From Stylophora pistillata (lineage: Eukaryota): DNA of 64,000 bases. Positions 12,301 through 24,800 of this stretch are shown piece by piece (within the stretch, counting starts at the first letter, position 1; every line of letters starts with the position of its first letter). Both the position numbers and the translations under genes were made by a program. Where the stretch lies: the NCBI RefSeq assembly GCF_002571385.2, contig NW_019217786.1:75961-139960 (forward strand). The letters are read 5' to 3'. The notes under the pieces were generated by a model that ran no database searches, was not told where the DNA came from, and saw nothing but the letters and a program-made list of their open reading frames with translations.

Positions 12301-15300
12301 CTCGCTCACAAAGTTTCGTAGCTGAATTGAAAACTTAGGGAGTATTGGTAAATTTTTTGGGTCAGTTAGGGTGTTCGTATGTCTTGTTTTTTGCGTTGTT
12401 TGTTTGGTTGTTTGTTTTTCAGTGTCGCGTCTTTTAATTAGATAATTGTATGCATCATTTTTCTCAGGAGCTGGAAAGGACAGAGGAAGCCAGTTTGGTC
12501 AGAAAGACAAGAAGCCTACTACCCCATCTGCTTTATCTTCTGCTGCCAGACTGGAGCATTCGTTCATTTTACAATCATTACAAGAGTGTATTGGCCCAAG
12601 ATTATCACCTGAGGTAACCACTGTCTTCTCATAAAGTGATAGCAGTTGAGGAAAACTTATTTTCTTGTTCTCTGTATTGTCTCTTGAAGTCGTTGTGAAG
12701 AGGGTATTAGAGGCAATTGGATATGATCGTATGACTTTCTCGCAGTAATTAGGACATTTCGGTAATCGTATTGGTTGCTAATTTAGCATTATCTTTCGAG
12801 TTTCGAAAGTAATCCGAGAATGCTCTAGATTTGCTTAACTTCGTTCAGTAATTGGTTGATACCACCGATATCAACGGAGTGATCTTATAGTATGGGGCAA
12901 TTGGTATTGCCAAAATAAGAATATTTCCTTGTATCATTTTCCTTCTTATTGTTTTACTTATTTTTCAACAAACCATTCAATTGAACCTTCTCTCTACCTT
13001 TAGGAACTGAACGTATTCAACATGGTTCTACGTGATGTTTTCTATGGTCTTCCCAAACCTCCTGCCCCAGCATTCCATATAACCAAAATTGTTCAAGATT
13101 TTGAAACTGTTCTCCTGGCGCACACACGCGAGAAAGGTTTTGTCGCTCATCAGCCCTGGATCGCAAAGATTCATCAGCTGTGGACTCTCTCCAAAGTTCA
13201 CCGAGGTGATTGATTCCTTAGAATTGTAGTTAGGTGGTCATTTTACTTACCTCACCAACAACATGTACCCATACATGCGAGAGCATTTACCTGTGTAAAC
13301 CGGAGCATCGGGGATTCGGCGATGGCAACAGCGCTCGGTTCACATCATTGAAGCAAGAATTCAGTTCCTCTACTTAGATTAAAAAATTAGTGGAGGTTAC
13401 TTGTGGGTCTCGTTTCTGCATCTTTGAAGGTTGTTTCGGGCTCCCGGGATTAACTCCTTCTACTATGAAGTAACATTAAAAATTTACTTGATCCGATGAA
13501 GTGCTCAGCTTTTCATCGATTTGACATTGGTAAAGACCAAGATTTATCATTACGAGCGACGCTTTGAAGTCAGACTAGGAAAGAACATATTTAAGCTTTT
13601 GCCTTCTATTATTCTTATACCTAAAGAAACATTTATGGTATTGCTTCTTAGGAATCATCGTCGCTGGGCCTCCAGGTACTGGCAAATCCTCCTGTATTTC
13701 AGGACTCGTGGAGACCCTCAGTGAATGTTCACTGGTAAAGCACAAGAACACAGGTTCACAGATGCACACGCATAAGTTACAGAGAATAAATCCATTGGCC
13801 GTATCCGATCCAGCTCTGATGTTTGGTAAAGTGAACACATCTTCTGATTTTGAGGATGGCATCTTCACTGCTTACTTCAGGAAGGCCAACAAAGACCATA
13901 GTGTACATAAGATGACCACTTGGCTGTGCTTAGACGCTCCTTTGCATCAAGGATGGGCTGAGTTTCTGAGCAGCGCATTGGATAAAGGAGAGGTGATGAC
14001 ATGTCTAGAAAACTTTTCTCACGCCTTAGAATACGACTTTGATGGGATCTAAAGCAGGGAGAGGGATGAGTAGATTTTGTCAGGACTGACAGACCATTAA
14101 TGAGACTCATTTTCCGTATAAAGTGTCTTCTTTAACCCTTTCACTCCCGAGATCTCATTAGTAACTCCCCCTCGCACACAAGCTGACCGCTGCAACCTGA
14201 CATTTATCGCAAATTCAAAGCTAATACAAGTAGCATACACTACGACCGGAAAATAACGAAAAAAGTTCCAGGCTAGTACATTATACTGGTATTGTATAAA
14301 CATTTAAAATCTTTGCGTGGGTGGGCGGGAAAGTCGGCAATGGCGGACGCATCAAAAACAACTGCCCGCCCCACAGGTCACATGACCTATACCCAGGCGC
14401 CAGCGGCGTGTGAGAAAAACATTTTTCACTTATTTTGTTCCGCTCAGCCAGTGAAAAGTCACCCTTACTGTCTGCCATTCAATTCTTATGATGTTAGTTT
14501 GCAGAGCTGGGTATTGGATCAGTTCATAATACCTTACTTGATATTTTTCTTTATTCTCGTCACTTGACTACTTGATATTGTATTGATGCATTGTGAGGAG
14601 AAGTTCTGTCTCGGTCACTCGTGCGAATTGTGAGGAGAAGTTCTGTCTCGGTCACTCGTGCGAATCAAAGGATGAACGATATCCCAACGATACACGCATA
14701 ATCTAATACCTCAAATAACAGTCATGAAGATCTTGGTGGATATAAAGTTATGTAGAAGGCACCAAACGGTACACTTCCATTCATTTAAGGATACATGGTC
14801 GGATTTGACCGTGCATATTTTTCACTCAGAAGAGAAGAAAAATTTTGCCTCTCCTCCCCGCAATTCCACGCACGTTTCTCTTAAGAGGCAATAGAAGGAA
14901 AATGAATTTCTGGAAACTTTGCCATACATTTTTTTTTCAGTAATGTAAGGTGATTTAAGATAGTTTCAAAAACTTTTGTTTTTCCATATGTTTGTCATTT
15001 CACTGTTGCTGTGGACAATATGTTTACCGCATAAAGGATTTTATGCATCTCACTATGCGTGAGGTCATTTGTGAAATCGTATAAGACGAGCTAATTGTTG
15101 TTGAAAGATATCGCATTATGTTGAGTTGCTATTAGCACGTCGAAAGATGGTATCTTCTGTCGAAAGTTATGCACTTTCAAAGTGGTAATGCTTGTGATTT
15201 TGTCTCCGTGTCTTTTTTTTTTTGTTTCAGTATCTGAACCTTTTGAACGGTGAAAGGCTGTATCTGTCAGAATATGTCAAACTGATTTTTGAGACAGATG

Positions 15301-15798
15301 ATCTAACAGACGCTTCACCTTCTACTGTCTCCAGATGTGTAAGTATATTTTTGTCTCAATTTTGCCTCTAGCTGTTGTGAGGAGTCAGTTTTAAATTCTT
15401 TAAACTACAGCTTCATTCTGTTAAAAAGAAGTTCTAAGTCGCCGCTTCCGTATCATTATTTGTGTGCTGTTAGCGTATATGATATATGTATAAGGGAAAT
15501 GAACGTGGTAGCTATAAAATGGTAGTGTAATGCCGGCTGGAATCGTAGTGTGAGATCACAATTGAGGTTGACTCACCAGGAAAAAGGATGTATGCTTGAT
15601 CATACGAGTATTAATGTTGATGCGATCACCATAAAAAAAGGATTGAAGCTGCGGTACCCATCATTTCCAATCACGATCTTCCTTAGAACACGTCTGATTA
15701 AGTCGTGTTGTTTAACTTTCAACGCCCTTCACTCAAATGAGCTTCCTTGAAGCAGCTCTTCACACAGTCATCACTGAACCGTGTCCTTGCTTACTCTG

Positions 15799-15856
<58 letters not shown>

Positions 15857-18800
15857 TTTATTTTCACTTTTCTTTGTGACCTCAGGGTATGGTGTACATG
15901 GATGAGACTGTACTGGGCTGGAGACCTTTGGCCGAAGCTTGGCTAGCAAACAGATCTCCCCAAGAAAGCCACGTATGTGTTCATGATCAACAAATGAAAA
16001 CAGAGCGTTTGTAAGATCGAGCGAACCTTGGAATTAGTGTAATTTGGGAATAATGGCGAAGAACTTTAAGCAATCCTAAAGCTAACACGTTGTGCCTTCC
16101 TCTCTCTTAGTGTTTACAAAGAGCATTCAACAAGACCGTTGATGTCATCTCGCAGTTTGTTCACTATGAAGCAAGGTAAGCTTTCGTTTAACCTTTTAAG
16201 TGGGTCAGCATCTATAACCCAGAGATAAGAGGAGAGAGGGGGAAGGGGTAGGGGTGGACTGGCTACTTACCAGGGAGGAGAAAGAATGATAATACCCGAC
16301 ACATGAATCTGTAATAGGACCGAACTGGAAACGAGGGACTCCAAACTTGAGGGGCCGGTATCTTGCCAAAATGTTTGTTTTTAACGATATCTCCCCAAGT
16401 CGCTCTGCTTCTTGGCACGTGATCAGAGTTCAACTGAGTTTGTTACGTTAATAACTGTACTCTTATTTTTGTTTCCTTTTTTAGACCATTCATGAAAGTT
16501 TGTGAGGTGGGGCTGTTTAACACGTGTCTCGCATTGTTAAAGGCTTTGATCGAGGTAAGTGTGACAGTTATGTACACTACTGTTTGTGTTCGTTTTTTCC
16601 ATTCAGCCAGAGTCATATAACGAAGATTTGAGTGTAACTTAATCGACTCGCCCTGCAGATTTATTGTAGTGAATGTCAAGAATGTCAAAAGTAATGCAAG
16701 TTTCTGTGTTTTTCGTTATGATCAGATGTTTCGATCTCACTTCATTTCAGGGAAACACTGACATTGGTGGCGAGCTTCATATTGACAGGTTGTACCTGTT
16801 CTCACTCATATGGTCATTTGGTGGACTTTTGGATGAAACAGACAGGAAGAAGTTCAGCGAACTGTTGCTGTCCCTGACAACGGCCTTGCCAGATTATGAT
16901 CAACAAATCTCCGTGTTTGATTATTATGTTGATGAATCTGGAGAGTGGGACCCGTGGCAGTCAAGGTGAGTTTCGTCGCGGTGATTTAGAGCAATTTTCA
17001 GTTGGATGTCGATATCAATACTTCATTGCATTGATTTTGCTTCATTATACTTTGTGATGGGTGTACAAAAACTCGTGCTACCCTCTCGAACAATTATTTT
17101 TGTAAATTTTAACCCAATTGTGAGCTACATACCCATTTTTTCGTCGCCAGAGGGCAAAGCAAATGTATTTACTCTTGCTTTTCTTTCGATAAAGAGTTCC
17201 AGAAGTAAGCTATTTCGATGCAGCAGATCTCCTTGGGGAGGTATTTGTGGACACAATTGACACAGTAAGTCTTCGTATCATAAAAATTAAGACATTCTTA
17301 ACTTAATTCATTTGATTGTAAGTTAACTTGCTTCTTAATTAACGTCATTATTCCTCTTCGATGAACAGACATCTTAGAATCCCTAATGCAATCCCAAAGT
17401 TGGAATGCATGAGCCAAATCAACAAAAGAAATGGACGACTTCCGCACAGAGGCTGTCATTCTTTAAGACCTGGTGTTTTTTTCTCCTTTAGATCCGTACA
17501 CGTCAGTTGATGGATTTGGCCTGCGCTTCTGGCAGAAACATTTTGCTGACCGGTCCTGCAGGATGTGGGAAAACATCCCTGATTGGCGACTTCCTCGACA
17601 AGCAAGGTGAGCGTCAAAAACAATCTATCATTACCAAATTTGGTAGTTCCCGCTTTGTTTGGCAGTGGATAACAAATGGATAAAAGAGTTACATTTTGAT
17701 TCGATTTTGTTTTCCAACGGTTTTTTCTATCCATTGCACTTTTCAGAGGATAAGAACCAAATTGTGAAACGCTACGTCTATTCAGGAACTTCGGGAGCTG
17801 CTTCATTACAACAGTTCATTGAACATAACATTTACCATAGGCAAGGTGAGTTGACCTCAGTTAGTGTTAGTATTCGAGTACGAAGTCCTTACGGCAACTT
17901 CAGGAGCCATGAAAATTAGCATTAATACATTCTCCTTATCTCCTTCGTCATTTAATGGGTGTCCTACCCATTTTTTTATCATAATTTGTTCCTTCTCCTC
18001 GTTTCTTTCCCATTTCTCCTTTCTCTGTTCACCGTACTCCTTCCCTTTAGAGACCCACGCAGGTTAGGCCGTTATCGTAGGGCGCCGTTTTAGGTTTTCC
18101 GGCCATTTTTCTCCCTACTCTGTATCATTTATTATTACACGACTCGGGCAGTCAGAGGGCCAATAACTAAAATCAACCAATCAAAATGCTCTATTGCCGG
18201 TCAATATTCTCTCAGTATTGGACCGGGCACTGTCCCGAATGGTCCCGAATGATACCGCACGTGTGTCCCTTTGAACTTCAGTCGTATAATAAATTTCTTA
18301 TTAACCAAGCTTGCTCGGGACCGTACTGAAAGAATATCGGCCCTCGGTCTTTTTTGAACGGACCTCGGGCCGATATTCTCCCAGTACGGCCCTCGCGCTT
18401 GGTTAATAAGATATATGTATTTTTTTCTTTCACGATTATTTCCTCTCTCATGTGCTGTTTCTCTCCCCTCTAAGATAGCTGCGCGACTGTGTTTTGGTTT
18501 TCAGAAGCGCAATGCCATCTGTTTCGTAAAAATTGTGCAACGGAGGTAAACAACTTTTTACAAAGAGCAGGAAAAGGCAATACAAAATCAATGTTCCATA
18601 AGTCCATAATTTGGGGACTTAGCTTTCCATTTTTTTATTTTCGACTTAGGGTTCGTGTATGGCGCTAAGAAAGGAAAAGTACTCAGCATGTTTATAGATG
18701 ATCTTAGCCTTCCTCAGCGGGATCAATATGGAACACAGGAAGTCAACGAAGTGAGTTAAACCTTCTATCTCTCTCTCTCCTCTTGCTCCGATCTTTGCGA

Positions 18801-21800
18801 CTGACGTGAACCAGGAGGTACCGGCGTGTGACATAAAAATTCTGCGGAATGTCGATTTTTTTGTGTTCGCTTACAAATTGTTGCGCTAGTGATAGATTAT
18901 ATTTCTGCAGAGAACTTATTTTTTGCGATTTTCTTTCTTAATAGGCTGACAGTTACAAAGAAAAAACGTTATATGTTCAAATTTTTAATAGTTCGAGAAG
19001 TATATGCGGAGCAGCTACATCTTGGATGCTTTTTATTTCTCGTGCAGATGTAAATTAAGGGATTCCATTTTGTTGCAGTTTATTTTGCCGGATTTTCTTT
19101 TCATTTGGATTTCTTTTGTAAGCGTGAAATTATTATTGCGGACAGAGGACTATCCAAAGAACCCGAGAACTTTCGATGCCACTCTGACCTGTCCTTTTTT
19201 TAATTAGCTGTTACGACAAGTACTCGACGAAAAAGTCCTGTTCAACACCAAGAAACCTTTTGACCGTCGTGTTTTAGAGGGAGTTGTTGTTACTGCAGCT
19301 ATGAACATGCAGTCAGAACTGGTGACCAGCCAGCAAATTCCTGAGAGACTTAAGGTGCGTATGATGATGATTTTACCGTCGGAAAGAAAATCTCAGGAAT
19401 AGGGAGAAAGGTTAATTTGGGAATATTAGTGTATTACTTCTTTTGCAAACCCTTTCTTTTCTTATCTTATCTCTAAATTAATCGTCATTCTTGAACCGTA
19501 GGCAGACTTATTTTATTCTAGTGATCTCTTATTTTCGTGTGTTAACGAACAGTAACTTGTCTTGCAGCGCCATTTTGCAGTTTTCCGATTACCAGCTCCG
19601 TCGGACGAGTCGCTCTTCACTATTGTTACCGCTATTTTAGAGGTGTGTGAAAATAGCCTTTGCTCTTTGTATCAACTTCGTCAAGAGCGTGGTAAAACAA
19701 AACTAAAGCTACTCTAGACTACTTTCAAGGCTCATCTGAAAACATTAATTTGTCAGTTTTTAATCTGCCAAGCAAATATGATTTTTCTTCCCTGTGGATT
19801 TCTTTTGGTGCGTTACCTTATTATAACGCGTACGTAACTCTCTTCGATTTTGTTGTACCTGTTTAGGCCAACATGGCTCAGAATCAAGGCATGGGTTTGC
19901 CACATGAGTTTCACGAGCAGATAGTGATGGCGTCGTGTATGCTGCTTAACAGTTTGCAGGGTGTACTGAGACCTTCTCCAACACCTGGAAGGTGTCATTA
20001 CCTGTTCAATCTCAGGGAAATAACCAGAGTGTTTCAGGTGCCGTAAATGCTCTGAAATTAATTGTAATTTAAACTAGACAAGTAGGGGTTGTTAGCTACT
20101 TGAGAAATGGATTCCACGTTGCCTCTGACCGGATATTGGAGAATTCTACGTCTAAACTTCAATGGCCTGAGCTTTTATTCAGACGTGGGCATTTCTGTTT
20201 TAAAAAGAATACGTTGAAATCGAGAGAAGCTTATGGGTAGGAGCGTAAATAGAAGTGCTATGGGATTTCCACGTGAGTAAAATTCCTCGCTTAGGTTTCG
20301 CTAATTCTAGATCTTCTTGAGATCTCCGAAAACGGCACTGATCGAAAAATAATTTTTAGATCATTTCGGAAGTAAGGCATTTGAGATCGTGTGTTTAGTT
20401 AGTCTCTTGATTCGACTCGCTTAAGTAAAAAGTTAAAATGGAAATTGAACAAACGTTGGTTGAAGATTTGCAGTTTGTGTATCGGAACATCGCAAAAGGA
20501 AAGTTCTTCATTAGTAATTTACTGGCAAGCAGGCACGCGATGAGAAAACCATTTACATTATCAAATTTGAGATGTCTTTGTTTAACTGCAAATTCTCATC
20601 AACAACCAACAAAGAAATGTATCGTCACTAGTTTGGAAAATTTGCTTTGAAATCCTGGGAGTGAAAGGGTAGAAGTAGGGTAGAAATGCAAGTAGACTTG
20701 CATTTTCTTTGTTGTAATTACTGGATGTTTTGATTTCAGGGGTTAAACAATTGTTCAGAGGAGATGCAGGCTGATGAGGAATACGTGGTATCCCTGTGGC
20801 AGCATGAACTAACAAGAGTGGTTAAGGACCGTATATGCCGATCAATAGATATTAAATGGTTCGAGAAAACCCTTAAAACAATTATTAAAGAGGTACAACT
20901 GCGAAAAAAAGTTGCTTTAATGAACCTAGTAGTTTGTCATAGTTTGTCATGTAAAGAACAGATCACCTAATTCTTTTTGTTTCGCTTCAGAACTTTCCAG
21001 AGCTTCCTGCCAATTCTCCTTCTCCTCTGTTTATTACTTTTCCTCTGGATGCTGGACTTTACGCTCAGCGCCCTGTGACCCAGGGACGCGTTGCACCGAA
21101 GGTTTGTTGTCGCGCCTTTAGAAAAGATTAAAAAGAAATGGAAAGAACGAAATTACAATACGTTTAGTACTATGAATTGAGCGCAGCAGTAGCCCTCTAG
21201 ACGAACCACACCAGGTAGAGAGGAATTTGAGACCTAAAGTGAGTCGTGGGTTAAAATTCACAAACCTCACTGCAGATCTCTTGATGCTCTTCCGAAAGAA
21301 CTATGGAGACAAAATAGGGAGACTTTTTTATGAATATCATTAAACATTTCGAAACGTTTTTGTTTCAATTGATAATATCAACACTTTCTTTTCTCGCCAT
21401 TTGCAATGTTATGGCCCAGTGAAAATGTTTGGCAAATAAACCTTAATTAAAGTAATGTTCAGCACCATTTTCCCGTGTGGATTTGGCGATAAATATTCGA
21501 CTTCTTATTGTGTTTGTTATTACAGCTCCTTCTTCAAGCCATAAATAACATTGAAGACGTGTCCCCTTGTTTGCAAAGCTATCTGAAGCGTTACAATGAC
21601 GAGTTTAGCGGGGAAGGACTGGATTTAATGATCTCATCTCATGTCATGTTTCATGTTGTTCGTCTGCACAGAATCTTAAGTTACAAGAACAGGTAAACAG
21701 CTGATGGACTGAATCATATCGAAATTTTTTACTTTGAATTATTTTGATAGTTCTGGTCGAGCGAGTTAAAAGCCACTGTATTTTGGACAGGGGAAGATGG

Positions 21801-24800
21801 GATGAAGAGATTGAGTCTGCCTTATTATTCGTTAAGCCTCTAAAGTTATTTATAGACTCATACCATTTATCTAATCTGTTAAGAATTACGGAGGTAATCT
21901 AGAAATAGAGAGCTTTAGGTCCTGGGAGGAGTTTAGCCACGAATAAGAGATTTGAGCACGCGCGGAATGCTAACTAATAGAAACCTCGCGCGGCTTCATT
22001 GTGATCTCTATGATCGGCACAGTTTGCTCACTTGTAATTTTCGGACGCAATCAAACTGACTGAAAAACTATAAAAGCTTTGGATACGTCGGGACGTTGGT
22101 TGTACCAAAACGCTCTACCTCCAATGTCCACGGCTGTTGCGTTTTCCTGCCAAACTAACTCATGGTTTACGCGCCAGTTTTGAAAAATCTCTAGCTCGTA
22201 TTCGTCCAAGTCCTATGAGGAATCTAATGTAAGGAGTATTTGGGGGTTTCAATCTCTGGGCACAATTCTCTCTCGATTTAAGTCTACGCGCGCCTCTCAT
22301 TTTTCTTTTTTTTCTTCCATTTATTCTTTATAACAGAGGGAATGCATTGCTGATTGGGTCGATAGGGACTCACCTCAACTCCCTTGCAGCCTTAGCACTG
22401 TACATGTTGGAATATCCCATTCACCCTGTGGACTGTACTTATCCAAACACGTTCCTTGATGGACTCAGATCTGCTGTGCGTCAAGCTGGCTGCGATGGAA
22501 AGACAACCACTGTCTTGTTTACTGTAAGTACAAAAGGGGACCTGAACTTCCAGAAGCACAATTTCACGTCGTTTCTGTATACCGAGTTTCAGAATAAAAT
22601 GGTTTTATAAAGATCTCAGTGGTTAAGGATCCTAAATGCTCGAATTGGAGCTGTTTTCTAAACGTTTGACCCCTAGGTGTGACTAACAGCTAATTTCTCC
22701 TTTCTCTATCACCCCTGGATCATACATTATGCCCACGAGAATGAAGGAAACGATCACTAACTAAAGAAGCTCTTGATTGTTCAACGAATTCTCCTTGTTA
22801 GCACCTTAGGAAACGTATAAGGAACAGTGTGAAGAATGTGCACTGTGATGTCAGGGTGTAAAGGGTCAATTAGGCATCCTGAAACTGTCTTAAAGAAGTA
22901 AGGGGTACAACAGTTATCTTTGATTTTCGACGTCGCTTTTTCGGGTGGAATCAAGATGTTAAGATAAATTTTACAGTCAGAGAATCCTTTTTATGAAGGC
23001 GTTTACCATTTAAATTTGAGATAACTCCCCTCAACGGTGGTGTTATTTTGACTTGAAAATCCTTTTGTTTTTTCATTCCAGGCACCAGATTTAAGGGATG
23101 ACATGTATTTGGACGCGTTAAACAGTTTGCTTATCAGTGGGGAGTATCCGCCGCTGTTCTCTGTGGATGAATTGGACAGCTTGCTGCAGGTAATGCACTT
23201 CACTTAAGATAAAGATGAACCTCCAAGGAACCTCTAAGGTTTTCCTCAAATATGTAGCCTTAGCCTTTTCCGTTTTCTTTGTTCCCATTATTATCCCTGT
23301 TCACTCTGTTGTTGTTGTTTTTTTTTTTCAACTATTTCTGTTATGTTTTATTGACAGGCTTTGATGCCAGCTATTAAGAAGAAATTCTCTAACTTTTTGG
23401 CGGATCCCATGAAATTTTTCCTCACTCGTGTCAAGGCTAATCTTCACATTATCCTTTGTCTTCCACCCACTCATAAGCTGCTTAGAACTGGCCAGAGGTA
23501 TGATAAAAATAACTCGAATTAAGCCAAGTGATTACAGGATTTTCCTAACTTGCCAATTTCCACTTTTAAGAACTAGCCAGTCGGAGTTTCCTGTTAATAA
23601 ATGGATGACTACTAGGTTCATTGCATTGTGGATGGTCGGTTTTTTTTAAAACTGGCAGATCTGTTCCCAGGCGTAGCGGTGAGATAGTTTTCACACTCTT
23701 GTAAGGAATACCTGTGAAGTGTGGTGGAGTTTTGAGTGCCTGATAATTCAGACGATGGGACAAAATAATTTACAATCTTTCTGTTGTTGAAACATTGGGG
23801 AAGAGAACACTCACAGGCGATGTACTCTCGCTTTCCTTTCAAACCGCTAAAGCTTGCTTAGAACCTCTCCTTCAAGCCGTGCCAGGCCTCATTGCTGATG
23901 CAGTCCGGCCAAAGTCCCCCGAAAAGTGTTGTGATGCGCATTTGATCATATCCACATGTTAATTTGCGCGATATAAATATTAAATTATTACTATTATTAC
24001 AGCGCACCCAAGCCTAGTCCTAACTTTGGAAAAGAATTTCGTTTGACAATTATTAACCCTTTACGCCTTAACATCAGTATCCAAGTTCTCCATACCGTTC
24101 CTCATTCATTTCTAAGGGTACTCACAACGAGAATTAGTCAAACAATCAAGAGCTTCTTGATTTCGAGATTATTTCTTGTGTTCTCGTCACCGTAATGTTC
24201 GATTCAGGGGTGATTCTGTTGGGAGAAATAAGGTGCTGATCACACTCAGGGGTGAAAGGGTTCAAGGACAATCATATCGAGGCTGGCCATGATCTGTGCG
24301 ATGCATTTGTCCTTTTGTTCATAGTTGTTACCCTGGTATCCTTTATGGCTGTCAGATGGATTTTGTTAAGGACTGGCCTCAGTACGCATTGGAAGGAGAA
24401 GCCAGCCATTATCTTGAGAAATACAAAGTGCTTGACGAAATCTCTGAACAAACTAGGTACGTGCGGCGTCGTCTAGACAAAACTAGGTACGTGCTGCGTC
24501 GTCTAACAAAGCTTCTTCGCAGTGTTTTGAGTCGTTTTCATGTGACAGCGAAGATTTCTTAAAGCTGCGAAAAACTTCGATAAAAGTAAAAGGAAAATAC
24601 AAAAATCAAAAGTGAGTGAGAAGATTGGACTCAAATATGACAAATTTTATCAAAATTACAAAAGACCAATTTTAAAATGTTAGGTGGATTTCAATTTATG
24701 CAAAACGTTGAGCTGTGTTTGTTGTACGCCCTCTTATGCCGCCGAGCGAGCCAGTGAGGTATTTTCTTGTTAAAACGTTCAAACTGCATTTGTAAATGTT

